Notes: generated by a model from the letters alone, not told the origin. Shown: positions 1-12,854, numbered from the stretch's first letter. The stretch: 64,000 nt of DNA from an uncultured Gemmatimonadales bacterium (GCA_963739455.1 CAVUAK010000001.1:1824001-1888000), one strand, 5' to 3'. A program made the numbers and translations.

Positions 1-435
1 GCGGGCAGCGGCACTCGATCCCAGACGGCGAGCACGAGGAGCAGGACGAAGAGCCGGGGTATCGCCAGCAGGGCATCGACCGTCCGCATCAGCAAGGTGT
101 CCACCAGGCCCGCGCGCGTCCCGGCGATGAGCCCCACCGCGGCACCGAGTAGCACCGCAAGGAACGCCGAGACGAGCCCGATGACGAGGGAAAGCCTCAG
201 CCCGTTCACGATACGGGAGAGCACGTCACGGCTCAGCTGGTCGGTGCCCAGCAGGTGGCCCGCTCCCGGTGGACAGGAGCGACTCGGTGAGCAGGTCGCC
301 TTGCACGGTGGGGCTCGGGAGCACGAAAGGCCCGATCAGGGCGATGAGCGCCAGGAGCACAAGCGCAACGATGCCCGCGCGTCCGCCCGGGCGGCTCCAG
401 ACCGCCTGCAGCAGGGCGACTGGTCGCGAGGTCAC
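1..435 (-). CDS. Peptide/nickel ABC transporter permease (DppC/OppC-like), runs off window edge, frameshift near 270
   Basis: GTG at 435 overlaps the upstream stop. N-terminus VTSRPVALLQAVWSRPGGRAGIVALVLLALIALIGPFVLP; after the shift it reads HLLGTDQLSRDVLSRIVNGLRLSLVIG, the typical DppC motif. Confidence 0.85.
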
Positions 436-1399
436 TCGACGCGCGCTCGCGGATCGAGCAGGCAATGGAGCACGTCACTGACGAAGCTGCCGGTCACCAC
501 CGCGCGGTCGCCACGACGGCAGTGCCCATGAGCAGGGGATAGTCCCGCGCGGCCGCCGCACCGGCGGTGAGGCTGCCGATGCCCCTGCCACGCAAAGACC
601 TGTTCCACGAAGACGGCGCCCACCACGAGAATCGGGAGCCAGAGCCCGAACAGGGTCAGCACGGAGGGCAGTGCCGATCGCCAGGCGTGTCCCCACGTGA
701 CGCGGCGATCGGTGAGCCCGCGCGCGCGCGCGGCGGCGACAAATGGCTGCCGCAGCGCTTCCAGCATTGCGGCGCGCTGGTAGCGCATGCTCGAGGCGAT
801 GCTGACCGCGGCCAGCGTGAGCGCGGGAAGGATGAGGTGTCGCAGCCGGTCGAGAGACGACGACAGCACCGCCAGCTCCCTCGAGGCCGGGATCCTGTGA
901 GCCAGCGGCGGGCAGCCAGTGCAGCCGGACCGCAAAGGTCAGCACCAGCATGAGGCCGAGCCAGAAGGACGGCATGGCATAGCCGGTCAGCGACAGCGTC
1001 GTGAGGATCCGGTCGAGCGGCCGACCACGATGCAGGGCCTGCTGCACGCCCAGCCAGAGTCCCAGCGTGAAGTTGATGAGCAGGACCGTGGCGCCGAGCA
1101 GCAGCGTGCGCGGAAGGCGTTCGAGGACGAGCTGCGTTACCGGCCTGCCGTACTGGATGGAGGTCCCGAAATCGCCCCGCAGCGCGCCGCCCATGAAGGC
1201 GGTGAACTGGCTGCCGATCGGCTGGTCGAGCTGGTAGCGGCGTTGCAGGTCGCGCACCTGCGCGCTGGTGAGCGGGCCGGTCTTCGGTCAGGACCGCGAG
1301 CGGGTCGCCGGGCAGGCTGCGAATGAGGAAAAAGAGCAGCGTGAGCGCAACGAGGGCGGTGACCACCGCCTGAAGCGCCCGACGCGCGAGCCAGTTCAC
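432..1399 (-). CDS. Peptide/nickel ABC transporter permease (DppB/OppB-like), split by frameshifts
   Basis: Fragments 656-1399 (LPGDP), 475-1257 (LRGDFGTSIQYGRPV; MPSFWLG) and 432-935 (HLILPALTL; ARARGL EAA loop) join into one DppB. Confidence 0.88.
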
Positions 1400-1400
1400 C

Positions 1401-3015
1401 TCAGTGGCTCGCGCCGGCCAGCGTCCATGTCCAGACCATGAGCCAGGGCGACTCCACCTGGAAGTTCACGTTGCCGTACACGTTCGGCATGGCGAACTAC
1501 GCGGTCCGGGGAAAACACGAAGACCGCGGGGAAGTCGTTGGCCACCGTGCTGGAGCCAGGCGCGGATGGGCGGCGCTGGATCGCGCAGGGTGAGGTGTGC
1601 GGCCCGCAGGAGCGAGTCGGCAGTCGCGTTGCAATAGTGGCCATAGTTGCCGTCAGCGCCGCAGCCCCAGCGATCGATCAGGCTCCAGGGCGATGGCTCG
1701 ATCGCGACATTCTCCATGACGACGTCGAAGTCCCGAGTCGCCGGCGTACCGCAACACTGTGAACGTTCCAGCGTCTCGATGTCCACCTTCACGCCAAGCT
1801 TCCGCCATTGCTCCTGGACGATGAGGGCCATCTGCACCCGCGCGACGCTCGAGGTCGCGAACCAGCAGCGAGAACGCCAGCGGAACTCCGTTACGATCCA
1901 GCACACCGTCGCCATCACTGTCGCGTCCATCCGCGCGCGGCCAGGAGGCGAGCCGCCTCCTTGGGATCGAACCGCGCCTGCGATGGGGCGAGGCCGCTGA
2001 ACCAGGCGGCAGAGCCGGCCGGCGTGGAGACCAGCGGGGCGTACTTCCCGAACAGGGCCTGGGCTATCGTGGCGCGATCGAGTCCGATGGTGAGCGCGTG
2101 GCGCACCTGCTGGTCCGCAAAGAGGGGATGCGGGCGACTCGTGTCGGCGGGGGCACGCTCGTTGAAGAGCAGGTAGTTCACTGCCATGGACGGAATGTGC
2201 GCGACGCGAAGCGAAGGCCGCTCCCTGAGGCGCGACAGGTTGCTCAGCGGGGGAATGATGTCCTCCTGCACGTCGGCCTCTCCGCTCAGCAGCAGGTTGA
2301 GCCGGGCGTCCTGCGAGCCGGTGACGCGCCAGACGATCTGCTCGATGGCCGGCGTCCCCAGGAAGAAATCAGGCACCGAACGAAGTAGGAGATACTGGGA
2401 CGGCTCGAGCTTCTCCCATCGATAGGGTCCGCTGCCCACGGGTGCCCGGGCAAAGGCACTGGTGCCCAGGCTGTCGGCCGGGATGGCCGCCACGAGATGC
2501 TCAGGGAGGATGTGCACATGATAGGTGGCATCGTACAACTGCTCGCCGTACGCCCGTGCAAACCGGAAGATCACGCGACCGTCGCCGTCACCCGTTACCG
2601 AAGCGATCTCGCTCAGGAGCGGCGCAACCATGGGCGCCAGCTTGGGGTTGCGCGCGCGGTTGAAGCTGAAGACGACGTCGCGTGACGTGACCGGTGTGCC
2701 ATCGTGCCAGCGGGCCCGCGGATCGAGTTCGAAAACCAGCGTCAGCGAGTCGCTCCGGGTCCAGCTCTTCGCCAGCCCCGGAAGTGCGGCGCGATCGCCG
2801 AACGATGTGCCGCCGTAGCGCCCGAGCCGGAGGAACAGGATGTCACTGACCTGGTTCTCCGCGCTGGACCGGCTGATGCCCGGCACCGCCTGCGTGATTT
2901 CCTCGCCAATGGCTATGACCAGGCGGCGAGGTCCGGCGGGCGCCGACTGGGCTGGCAACCGAAGGGCGATGCCGGCCAGCAGGAGTGGAAGGAGGCGTCC
3001 GCAACGACGGAGCAT
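1401..3015 (-). CDS. ABC transporter substrate-binding protein, family 5 (DppA/OppA-like), frameshifted in C-terminal third
   Basis: Signal peptide, LAKSW, ARWHDGTPVTSRDVVFS, PVGSGPY, VRHAL..GLDR. C-terminal pieces lie in ORFs 1466-1930 and 1396-1644, with the final frame ending VESPWLMVWTWTLAGASH* at 1401. Confidence 0.85.
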
Positions 3016-3878
3016 CAAGCCTCGTGCTGAATGGTGGATATGCCGGCGTGGTGAGTTCAGGTGCCGAGCGGACCTTGGAATAATACGACAACGGCTTGGG
3101 CGAGGGCAGCGCTCAGCGCTGCCAGGTCCACGCGGGATCGCGGAACCGCGACGCCCGGCCCTTCAAGTCGGCGAGGAGGTGTGCTTCACCCTCGAAGGGA
3201 GCCCATGCGCCCCACGATGTCGCGGCTTCGCGGATGCTCTGCGCCACTTCTTCCCACCCTGCCTGGCGACCGAGGATCCGGGACAAGGGCTGGACATCGG
3301 GTGTCTCCGCCGGGCCTGTCGTGACATCGCGTACGAGCGACTGATCATCGTCCAGCAGCACCGAGCCATGCTGCAGCAGCACGCCCTCGCTGCGCAGCTG
3401 CGCGCTGCCCACCACCTTGCTTGCGTCCCGCACGACCTCACCGCCGGCCGCTGCCGCGAAGCATGCCCCGGCCCCGACGGGAAGGATGCGGCGCTCAGCG
3501 GCCAGTTCGACTGGGGCGCCCAGGGCCCGCAACGCCGATGCAATGGTGTGGTGGATGGTGTGGTAGGCGCTCCGCAGCGATCCCATCACCGATTCGGGGG
3601 CGGCCACGGCGTAGGTAAGCTCTCCAGCATGCCACACCGCGCGCCCGCCGGTTGGCCGGCGCACGGTGTCGATACCCAGGTCGGCAATGCGCTCGCGATC
3701 GTAGCGCTTGAGCGCGGGCTCGTGCCTCCCGAACGAGAGGCACGAGGGATCCCAGCGGTAGAAGCGGAGGTAGCCGCTCCCCGATTGCATGGCCAGCGCA
3801 TGGAGACCCATGTCGAGCGACATGTTCTGCCATCCCGGGCGCGGGGTGCGATCGAGCCATAGCTGCCAGGAAATGGCG

Positions 3879-6827
<2,949 letters not shown>

Positions 6828-6865
6828 ACTTTGGGATAGCTCCAGCTCGTGAAAAAAGGCACAAG

Positions 6866-6905
6866 GTCAAACGAAATGCGCTCCGGACAGGATGCCCGGA
6901 GCGCA
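6866..6905 (-). terminator. Intrinsic terminator/attenuator-like hairpin between gcvH and gcvP
   Basis: Perfect 10-bp stem tgcgctccgg (6877-6886) / ccggagcgca (6896-6905), followed on the minus strand by TTTCGTTT. Confidence 0.55.
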
Positions 6906-6929
6906 GGTAGTGATGGCACACGAGAAAAC

Positions 6930-7316
6930 CTACTCGCCGATCTGAGCCTTGTAGGCCTCAGGGGTCAGCAGTGTGGTCAGGCTGTCGGGGTCCTTGATCC
7001 GGAGTCTGATCATCCAGCCGGTGTCGTACGGATCACGATTGATGAGGCCAGGGTCGGCATCGAGCGCACCGTTGATCTCGGCCACCTCGCCCGCCAGCGG
7101 GGAGAACAGGTCGGAAACCGCCTTGACCGCCTCAACCACGCCGAACACGCCGTGTTCCTCGAAACTGTCCCCAACTTTGGGCAGGTTTACGAACACGATG
7201 TCGCCGAGCTCGCCCTGGGCATAGTCGGTAACACCGATCTGGACGAGTCCCTTGCCCAGCATCTTCACGTATTCGTGATCGGCGGTGTAACGCAGGTCGG
7301 CGGGAATGTTCGACAT
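6930..7316 (-). CDS. gcvH: Glycine cleavage system H protein
   Basis: IGVTDYAQGELGDIVFV, VEAVKAVSD (lipoyl-lysine), INRDPYDTGW. Confidence 0.98.
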   Translation of the reverse strand: MSNIPADLRYTADHEYVKMLGKGLVQIGVTDYAQGELGDIVFVNLPKVGDSFEEHGVFGVVEAVKAVSDLFSPLAGEVAEINGALDADPGLINRDPYDTGWMIRLRIKDPDSLTTLLTPEAYKAQIGE

Positions 7317-7371
7317 GAATGCTCCAGAAGGAGGCGATCGGGGGCAAGGATACCGGATGCCGCGGGGTGGG

Positions 7372-7977
7372 TCAAGGAACCGCGCGCGCTTCCAGTGCAG
7401 ACCAGATTTCGGCCGTCCGGGCTTCGAGGGAAGCCACGTCGCGGTCGTTGTCGATGACGTAGTCGGCGCGAGGTCGCTTCACGGCGGCCGGCAGTTGCGC
7501 GGCCATCAGCCGGTCGGATTCATGGCGCGGCAGCCCGCTTCGCTCGAACAGCCGTTGGCGGCGCAGGTCGTCAGGCGCGTCAACCAGTATCACCACGTCG
7601 AACGAGTCGGGGTCGGCCACCTCGAACAGCAGCGGGATGTCGGTGACGACCACCTGCGCGCCCGCGTCCCGCGCTGCGGCCACGCGCGCGGTGCGCAACT
7701 TGTTCACGGCGGGGTGCACGATCGCGTTCAGGTCCTTGAGCGCCTCGGCCGATGCGAGCACCATGGCGCGCAGCTGACCCCGGTCGAGCGTGCCGTCGGG
7801 GCGGAGGACACCCGGGCCGAAGCGGCGAACGATGGCGGAGAGCACCGGGCTGCCTGGCGACTGCACCTCGCGCACGAGCTGGTCGGCGTCGATGACGACA
7901 GCGCCCCAGCGGCGGAAGAGATTCGCCACGGTGGACTTGCCGGAGGCGACGTTGCCGGTCAAGGCGACGTTTAGCAA
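7372..7977 (-). CDS. coaE: Dephospho-CoA kinase
   Basis: LTGNVASGKSTV P-loop, IDAD, LDRGQL, IVHPAV, DIPLLFE. Likely TTG start at 7977. Confidence 0.95.
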   Translation of the reverse strand: MLNVALTGNVASGKSTVANLFRRWGAVVIDADQLVREVQSPGSPVLSAIVRRFGPGVLRPDGTLDRGQLRAMVLASAEALKDLNAIVHPAVNKLRTARVAAARDAGAQVVVTDIPLLFEVADPDSFDVVILVDAPDDLRRQRLFERSGLPRHESDRLMAAQLPAAVKRPRADYVIDNDRDVASLEARTAEIWSALEARAVP

Positions 7978-8008
7978 GGCGTGAAGACTTGAGGACTTGA
8001 TGGCGTGA
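7977..8008 (+). repeat. Octamer tandem repeat, left arm (aggcgtga agacttga ggacttga tggcgtga)
   Basis: Four 8-bp units read directly; inverted relative to 8472-8503. Confidence 0.75.
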
Positions 8009-8071
8009 AGACGACACACCCTGGGGCCGAATGGTGACTAGTTCCGGCCTGCCCGGCAACAAATTCTTCCA

Positions 8072-8458
8072 ATGACTGCTGCATCATCCCCCCGGTTTGA
8101 GAAGCTGGAAGCCTGGAAGGCCTCTCACCAGCTCACGCTCTGCGTGTATCAAGCTACCAAGTTGATGCCGCCGAGCGAACGCTTCGGACTGACCGCGCAG
8201 ATGCGTCGGGCTGCTATCTCGATCGCTTCCAATATTGTCGAAGGTTCAATGCGACATGGCAAGCAGGAGTATCGCCGATTCGTGGGCATGGCGGCCAGCT
8301 CCTTCAATGAACTGCGGTATCAGATTCGGTTGTGCGAGGAGCTGGGGTATTTACCGGCGGAGAGCATCGAGGAATTGAGACATGCTGTCGACCACGCCGG
8401 CCGCCTGGTGTGGGGACTCTACCGGGGTCTGGGCGGGGTGGTAGCGTCCAAGTCGTAG
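8072..8458 (+). CDS. Four-helix-bundle protein (23S rRNA intervening-sequence protein family)
   Basis: FEKLEAWKAS, P.SERFGLTAQMRRAAISIASNIVEG, ASSFNELRYQ, the signature of this family. Confidence 0.93.
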   Translation: MTAASSPRFEKLEAWKASHQLTLCVYQATKLMPPSERFGLTAQMRRAAISIASNIVEGSMRHGKQEYRRFVGMAASSFNELRYQIRLCEELGYLPAESIEELRHAVDHAGRLVWGLYRGLGGVVASKS

Positions 8459-8471
8459 CCCCGCAGTTACC

Positions 8472-8503
8472 TCAAGCCTTCAAGCCCTCAAGCCTTCAAG
8501 TCC
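8472..8503 (-). repeat. Octamer tandem repeat, right arm (minus strand ggacttga aggcttga gggcttga aggcttga)
   Basis: Plus strand tcaagcct tcaagccc tcaagcct tcaagtcc; begins inside the tdk TAG stop. Confidence 0.85.
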
Positions 8504-9108
8504 TAAAGCAGTGCTGTTTGATCCTCATCCGCCCTCGGCACCCGGTGACAATGCCGACAGCGCGCCTCGTACGATTCGCGCCCGCCCACCATGATCGTCG
8601 GCGAATCCCATCGTGCGGGACGCCCATCCACCAGCCGCTGGTTTCGGCACGCCTCGCCACCGCACACCATGCAGATCGCGCGGAGCTTGTCCACCAGCTC
8701 GGCCACGGCCATCAGGTCACCCATGGCACCGAACGGCTCGCCCCGGAAGTCGGTGTCGGTGCCCGCGAGGATCACGCGGATGCCCCGCTGGGCCAGGACG
8801 GTCGTCACCGCGACGATATCACGATCGAGAAACTGGGCCTCGTCGATCGCCACGATTTCCGTGGCCGGTCGGACCTGTCGCAGGATCTCATCCGAGGAAT
8901 CGATGGGGATCGCCTCGAGCTCGGTGCCGTCGTGGCTGGTGACGTTGTAGACGCCGGCGTATCGGCTGTCGAGATGGGACTTGAAGACCTGGACACTGCG
9001 GCGGGCAATGATGGCTCGACGGACCCGGCGGATGAGCTCCTCGCTCTTGCCGCTGAACATGACACCCGAGACGACCTCGAGCCATCCGGTGCGCGACCCC
9101 TGATACAT
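8503..9108 (-). CDS. tdk: Thymidine kinase
   Basis: [19 protein letters not shown] (VAIDEAQF), DFRGEPF, zinc motifs CMVC and [12 protein letters not shown] at 9108. Confidence 0.96.
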   Translation of the reverse strand: MYQGSRTGWLEVVSGVMFSGKSEELIRRVRRAIIARRSVQVFKSHLDSRYAGVYNVTSHDGTELEAIPIDSSDEILRQVRPATEIVAIDEAQFLDRDIVAVTTVLAQRGIRVILAGTDTDFRGEPFGAMGDLMAVAELVDKLRAICMVCGGEACRNQRLVDGRPARWDSPTIMVGGRESYEARCRHCHRVPRADEDQTALL

Positions 9109-9121
9109 CGACGAGTCTCCA

Positions 9122-9163
9122 GCAACGGCGAACGGGGACGGACGACCGGCGAGCGGTGGGCCG
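9122..9163. repeat. Degenerate heptamer tandem tract (cgaacgg-like) upstream of tdk
   Basis: gcaacgg cgaacgg ggacgga cgaccgg cgagcgg tgggccg. Confidence 0.45.
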
Positions 9164-9239
9164 CCAAATGTACGGGCCGGGGACGCATCACCGCCAGCGG
9201 TGCTTGCGTGACGGGGATAGTCGCAGCTATCGTCGCCCG

Positions 9240-9533
9240 GTGACCAAGCAACAATTGATTGTGGCACTCGCGCAGCGCCTCGACGTTTCCAAGGTCCGTG
9301 CGTCTGAAATCGTGGATGCGCTCTTCGCCAGCGACGGACTGATTGCGTCCGAGCTTCGGAAGAGCGGCCGGGTTCAGATCACGGGGTTCGGCAACTTCGA
9401 GGTGCGCCGTCGCGCCGGTCGCTCCATGCGAAATCCGCGCACCGGCAAGACCATCTCGCTTCCCGCGTCCTCCATGCCGGCCTTCAAGGCCGGCAAGCGC
9501 CTCAAGGACGCGGTCGTCCGGCGCCGCTCCTAG
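9240..9533 (+). CDS. hup: HU family DNA-binding protein
   Basis: GTG start. [34 protein letters not shown]. Confidence 0.93.
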   Translation: MTKQQLIVALAQRLDVSKVRASEIVDALFASDGLIASELRKSGRVQITGFGNFEVRRRAGRSMRNPRTGKTISLPASSMPAFKAGKRLKDAVVRRRS

Positions 9534-10980
9534 GCTTGCGGTCGGTGCTGGCGCCGGGCACCCGGTCGAGCCGCGCCGTTACCCGCACCTTTCGGATCAT
9601 CTTTCCGCTCAGCGCCTGGGCAATCCGGTCTGCATCTCCCGCCGGCAGTTCAATCAGGCAGAAGCCATCTCGCAGTTCTACCCTCCCGATCGCCGTCCGC
9701 TCTACCCGCAGCTCCTTCGTCAGCGCGCCGACGAGGTCGGCCGGCGTCACCCCGTCCTTCTTGCCGATCGACACCCACACCTTTGCAATGGCGGGTGGCA
9801 ACGGTGCGGATGGCGCAGCAATCGCTTCCTCTTGCCGCCTTGCCGCCTTACTGCCTTGCCGCTCCTCCCCCTTCCACAACGCGTAGAGTGCCGCCGCGAC
9901 CCGCGTCGGGTCATGCCGCTCGAACAGGGGCGCCAGCGCCAGGAGCCCCGCCGCGCCGTCGCCGGACTCGAGCTCGGTGCGAATGCGCGCCCGGTCAGAG
10001 GCGGAGATGGCAGCGTGCTCTTCCAGCAGGCCGGGCAGGCGAAGGGGCCGCGTCGGTCGGGCAATGCCAGCCACGTACGACTCGGTGCCCGGAGGAACGA
10101 GGAGTACGGTGTCGCCGGCCTGGACCAGTTGTGCCAGGCGTTCGTGCGACGGCAGGTCGAACGCAATGATCAGGCTGGACTTGGGGGCATCGCCAGTGAC
10201 GAGGCGGATGGACTCGCCATCGATCGGGATGGCCCGCGCGATGTCGGCGGCGGCACTCCGGTCGTGAGCCCAGACGGTGACGGTGGCGGGATCGAGTAGT
10301 TGCAGCAGCTCGCCCAGGGCCGCCGCGCGACGGGACCAGGCCACACTCACAGTCCGGACGGGACCGACTGGCGCGATGGGCGGCGCTTCGGCGGGCGGCG
10401 TGCCCAGGACGAGGGCCTTTCGCGCGTACCGCTCGACCAGGTCTGCGGCGGCGCCGGGATCAGCGGTGAGGATGACGCGCTGGGCCTCGAGGGGCAGGTC
10501 CTGCATCAATGGAGATACGGCGGAATGATCGGCCCACGCCTCGGGCTGTGCGAGCACGATGACGCCGAGCCCTTCCGCCTTGAGGGCGGAACTGGTCATG
10601 AGTTCCTGGATGACCGAAGGGGAGGCCACGAGGAGGTCGAGGGAGCCGCTGCGGAGTTCGCGGAGCGCGCGAGGCGAGGCGAGTGCGGCGCCCACCTTGA
10701 GTCCGGTGCCGGCAGCTACCCCGAAGACGACGCCGGCCCACTCGGCCAGCATGCCCGGCGGCACCACCATCAGGCCCCGCACTCCTCCCCCGAGCCGACC
10801 CAGGACGGCCCCGATGAGGGGGGCCGCGGCGGCAGGCGACGGGGGCAGGACGGCGACCAGGTTGTGGCCCCGGGCCACTGTTGGTATCGCGTCCCTCAGG
10901 AGGGGATCGGACGCTTGCCAATCCCACGACTCAAGGGTGCGCGCCACGGGCGCGCTCAGGTGCTGCTCTAGCTCCGGCAC
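9502..10980 (-). CDS. Degenerate DEAD-box helicase-like protein with C-terminal DbpA RNA-binding domain
   Basis: RecA-like spacing of DEAD-box motifs but catalytic residues missing. C-terminus KVWVSIGKKDGVTPADLVGAL...IGRVELRDGFCLIEL is DbpA-RBD-like. GTG at 10980 follows GAGGAG. Confidence 0.8.
   Translation of the reverse strand: MPELEQHLSAPVARTLESWDWQASDPLLRDAIPTVARGHNLVAVLPPSPAAAAPLIGAVLGRLGGGVRGLMVVPPGMLAEWAGVVFGVAAGTGLKVGAALASPRALRELRSGSLDLLVASPSVIQELMTSSALKAEGLGVIVLAQPEAWADHSAVSPLMQDLPLEAQRVILTADPGAAADLVERYARKALVLGTPPAEAPPIAPVGPVRTVSVAWSRRAAALGELLQLLDPATVTVWAHDRSAAADIARAIPIDGESIRLVTGDAPKSSLIIAFDLPSHERLAQLVQAGDTVLLVPPGTESYVAGIARPTRPLRLPGLLEEHAAISASDRARIRTELESGDGAAGLLALAPLFERHDPTRVAAALYALWKGEERQGSKAARRQEEAIAAPSAPLPPAIAKVWVSIGKKDGVTPADLVGALTKELRVERTAIGRVELRDGFCLIELPAGDADRIAQALSGKMIRKVRVTARLDRVPGASTDRKPRSGAGRPRP
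9831..9862. repeat. Octamer tandem repeat inside a coding linker (cttgccgc x4, one degenerate)
   Basis: cttgccgc cttgccgc cttactgc cttgccgc; encodes part of RQGSKAARRQE. Confidence 0.7.
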
Positions 10981-11067
10981 AGGCTCCTCGATTCTCAAAT
11001 AGCGGTCGCGACTGTCGCGGCGAACGAAGCTAGCCCGGCCAGGGGCACGGGCCAAGGGCAATTGGCG

Positions 11068-11096
11068 TTGACAGGGAGCACGCCCGGAACGAACCT
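11068..11096 (+). promoter_or_regulatory. Possible sigma70 promoter for the aminotransferase-nurA-herA-mre11-rad50 operon
   Basis: Perfect TTGACA at 11068-11073, 17-bp spacer, weak -10 GAACCT. Confidence 0.35.
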
Positions 11097-11140
11097 TCCC
11101 GGTCCGCGTCGCCGTCCTTCGCCCTCACTCTGGACCGTCC

Positions 11141-12346
11141 ATGCCCGACCCGCTTTCGATCAACCTGGCGCACCTGAAGGCGTCTGAAACCGTCGCGATC
11201 AGCAATGAGACCAAGCGACGGAAGGCGGCCGGGGAGGACGTCTATGACCTGAGCGTCGGTGAGCCCGACTTCGACACGCCGGCGCCCATTCGCCAGGCCG
11301 CCATCGAGGCCATCAACAAGGGCATGACGCGGTACCCGCCCAACATCGGCCTGCCGGAGTTGCGCACGGCGATCGCGCGGACGCTGTCACTCATGTCGGG
11401 CGGCCGGGCGGTCAATCCTGATCACATCGTGGTGAGCTCGGGGTCAAAGCAGTCCCTGTTCAATACCTGCTTCACGCTCTTCGGCCCCGGCCAGCGGGTG
11501 CTCATTCCGGGCCCGGCGTGGGTGTCATATCCCCAGATTGTGCATCTGGCACGCGCGGAACCGGTCCTTGTGCCCGGGGACATTGAATGGGGCATGAAGG
11601 TGAGCGTCCGTGATCTCGATGCCGCCTACAGCAAGTCGGTGAAGGGCCTCATCCTCTGCTCGCCCTGCAACCCGACCGGCGCGGTCTACACGCTGGCCGA
11701 ACTCAAGGCGATCGCCGAGTGGGCCCACAAGCACCAGGTGTGGATCATCTCCGACGAGATCTACCGGACGATCAACTATGGCCCGGGGCCGGCAGCTTCG
11801 ATGCTCGACCTGCCCGATGAGCTGCTCGAGCGCACCGTGCTCATCTACGGTGTCTCCAAGGCTTACGCCATGACGGGCTGGCGCATTGGCTCGGCGCTGG
11901 CGCCACCGCACGTGGCGAAGGCGATGGCAGCACTGCAGTCGCACACCACCACCGGTGCCAACCATCCGGCGCAATGGGCGTCGGTTGCGGCGTTCAACGA
12001 TGAGCGAGTGGCCCAGGACGTGACGAAGATGGTGGCGGCCTTCCGGCGCCGGCGGGACCTGCTGGTGAGCCGCTTCCGCAGCGAGGTGCCCGGGGTGGAG
12101 TTCGTCGAGCCGCACGGGGCGTTCTACTTCTTCTTCCGGGTCGATGGCATCCGTGACGGGGCGACCGGTTCGAAGTTCTGCGAGGAGCTCATGCAGCGGG
12201 AGGGCGTAGCACTCGTGCCCGGGGCCGCGTTCGGCGACGACCGCTGGGTCCGCATGAGCTACGCGGTGTCCGACAAGGAGCTCGAGGCGGCGATCGACCG
12301 CATCATCCGGGTCATCCGGACCATGGGAGCGGCCCGTGCCGCCTGA
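11141..12346 (+). CDS. aspC: Aspartate aminotransferase-type class I/II PLP aminotransferase
   Basis: GEPDFDTP, SPCNPTG, SDEIY, SKAYAMTGWRIG, GAFY, VPGAAFG. Confidence 0.93.
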   Translation: MPDPLSINLAHLKASETVAISNETKRRKAAGEDVYDLSVGEPDFDTPAPIRQAAIEAINKGMTRYPPNIGLPELRTAIARTLSLMSGGRAVNPDHIVVSSGSKQSLFNTCFTLFGPGQRVLIPGPAWVSYPQIVHLARAEPVLVPGDIEWGMKVSVRDLDAAYSKSVKGLILCSPCNPTGAVYTLAELKAIAEWAHKHQVWIISDEIYRTINYGPGPAASMLDLPDELLERTVLIYGVSKAYAMTGWRIGSALAPPHVAKAMAALQSHTTTGANHPAQWASVAAFNDERVAQDVTKMVAAFRRRRDLLVSRFRSEVPGVEFVEPHGAFYFFFRVDGIRDGATGSKFCEELMQREGVALVPGAAFGDDRWVRMSYAVSDKELEAAIDRIIRVIRTMGAARAA

Positions 12347-12854
12347 GACATCATTGGGACCGCGGTTCACCGTCGAACGCCAGACTGGCGCCCTCCCCTC
12401 CATCGCGTGGCGATGGGATCCCGAGACCGACATCCTGTCGGGCACCTTCCGGAGTTCGGGAAGCTCCCGTCTCGACGGTACCATCGAGTTGACTGACGCC
12501 GAGGGCGCCATTGCGGTGCTCGATGTGGCCGACGGGGCGGTCGCTGGTCTCGATGTTGTCGTGTGGCCTGAGGTCACCTCGACCCGTGGGCTCGCGCTTC
12601 CCTCGAGCGTCGAGAGTGGTCGCGTCGTGCTCCGTGGTCCCCGGGCCGACCGCACGACGTCGGTGGAAATCGAGGCGGTGCTCACCATCCGCACCAATCC
12701 CGGCGAGAGCATCTATCACCTGAAGCTCGGCACCCTGCCGGCGGCGCGCGCCGTGCGGGTTGCCGATCAACTGCTGGTCGAGCTGGATGCGGAAGACGGT
12801 CTCGCGGGTTGCTGGCTCATGGGCGTGCCGCCGTTCCCGAGCCTGGATGACTAG
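12336..12854 (+). CDS. Hypothetical protein, apparently two tandem DUF2283-like modules
   Basis: WRWDPETDILSGTF...LDVADGAVAGLDV and IRTNPGESIYHLKL...LLVELDAEDGLAGCW. Overlaps both neighbours. Confidence 0.65.
   Translation: MPPETSLGPRFTVERQTGALPSIAWRWDPETDILSGTFRSSGSSRLDGTIELTDAEGAIAVLDVADGAVAGLDVVVWPEVTSTRGLALPSSVESGRVVLRGPRADRTTSVEIEAVLTIRTNPGESIYHLKLGTLPAARAVRVADQLLVELDAEDGLAGCWLMGVPPFPSLDD

Noticed and set aside
7317..7371. Glycine riboswitch upstream of gcvH
   Set aside because: The gap is only about 55 bp and has no recognisable aptamer.
8072..8458. Diversity-generating retroelement or rRNA intervening sequence
   Set aside because: No reverse transcriptase, TR/VR pair or rRNA sequence in the window.
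11084..11102. LexA-like box GAAC-N4-CTTC overlapping the putative -10 of the repair operon
   Set aside because: One mismatch to the Gram-positive GAAC-N4-GTTC box and an imperfect palindrome; the LexA motif of this lineage cannot be established from this window.
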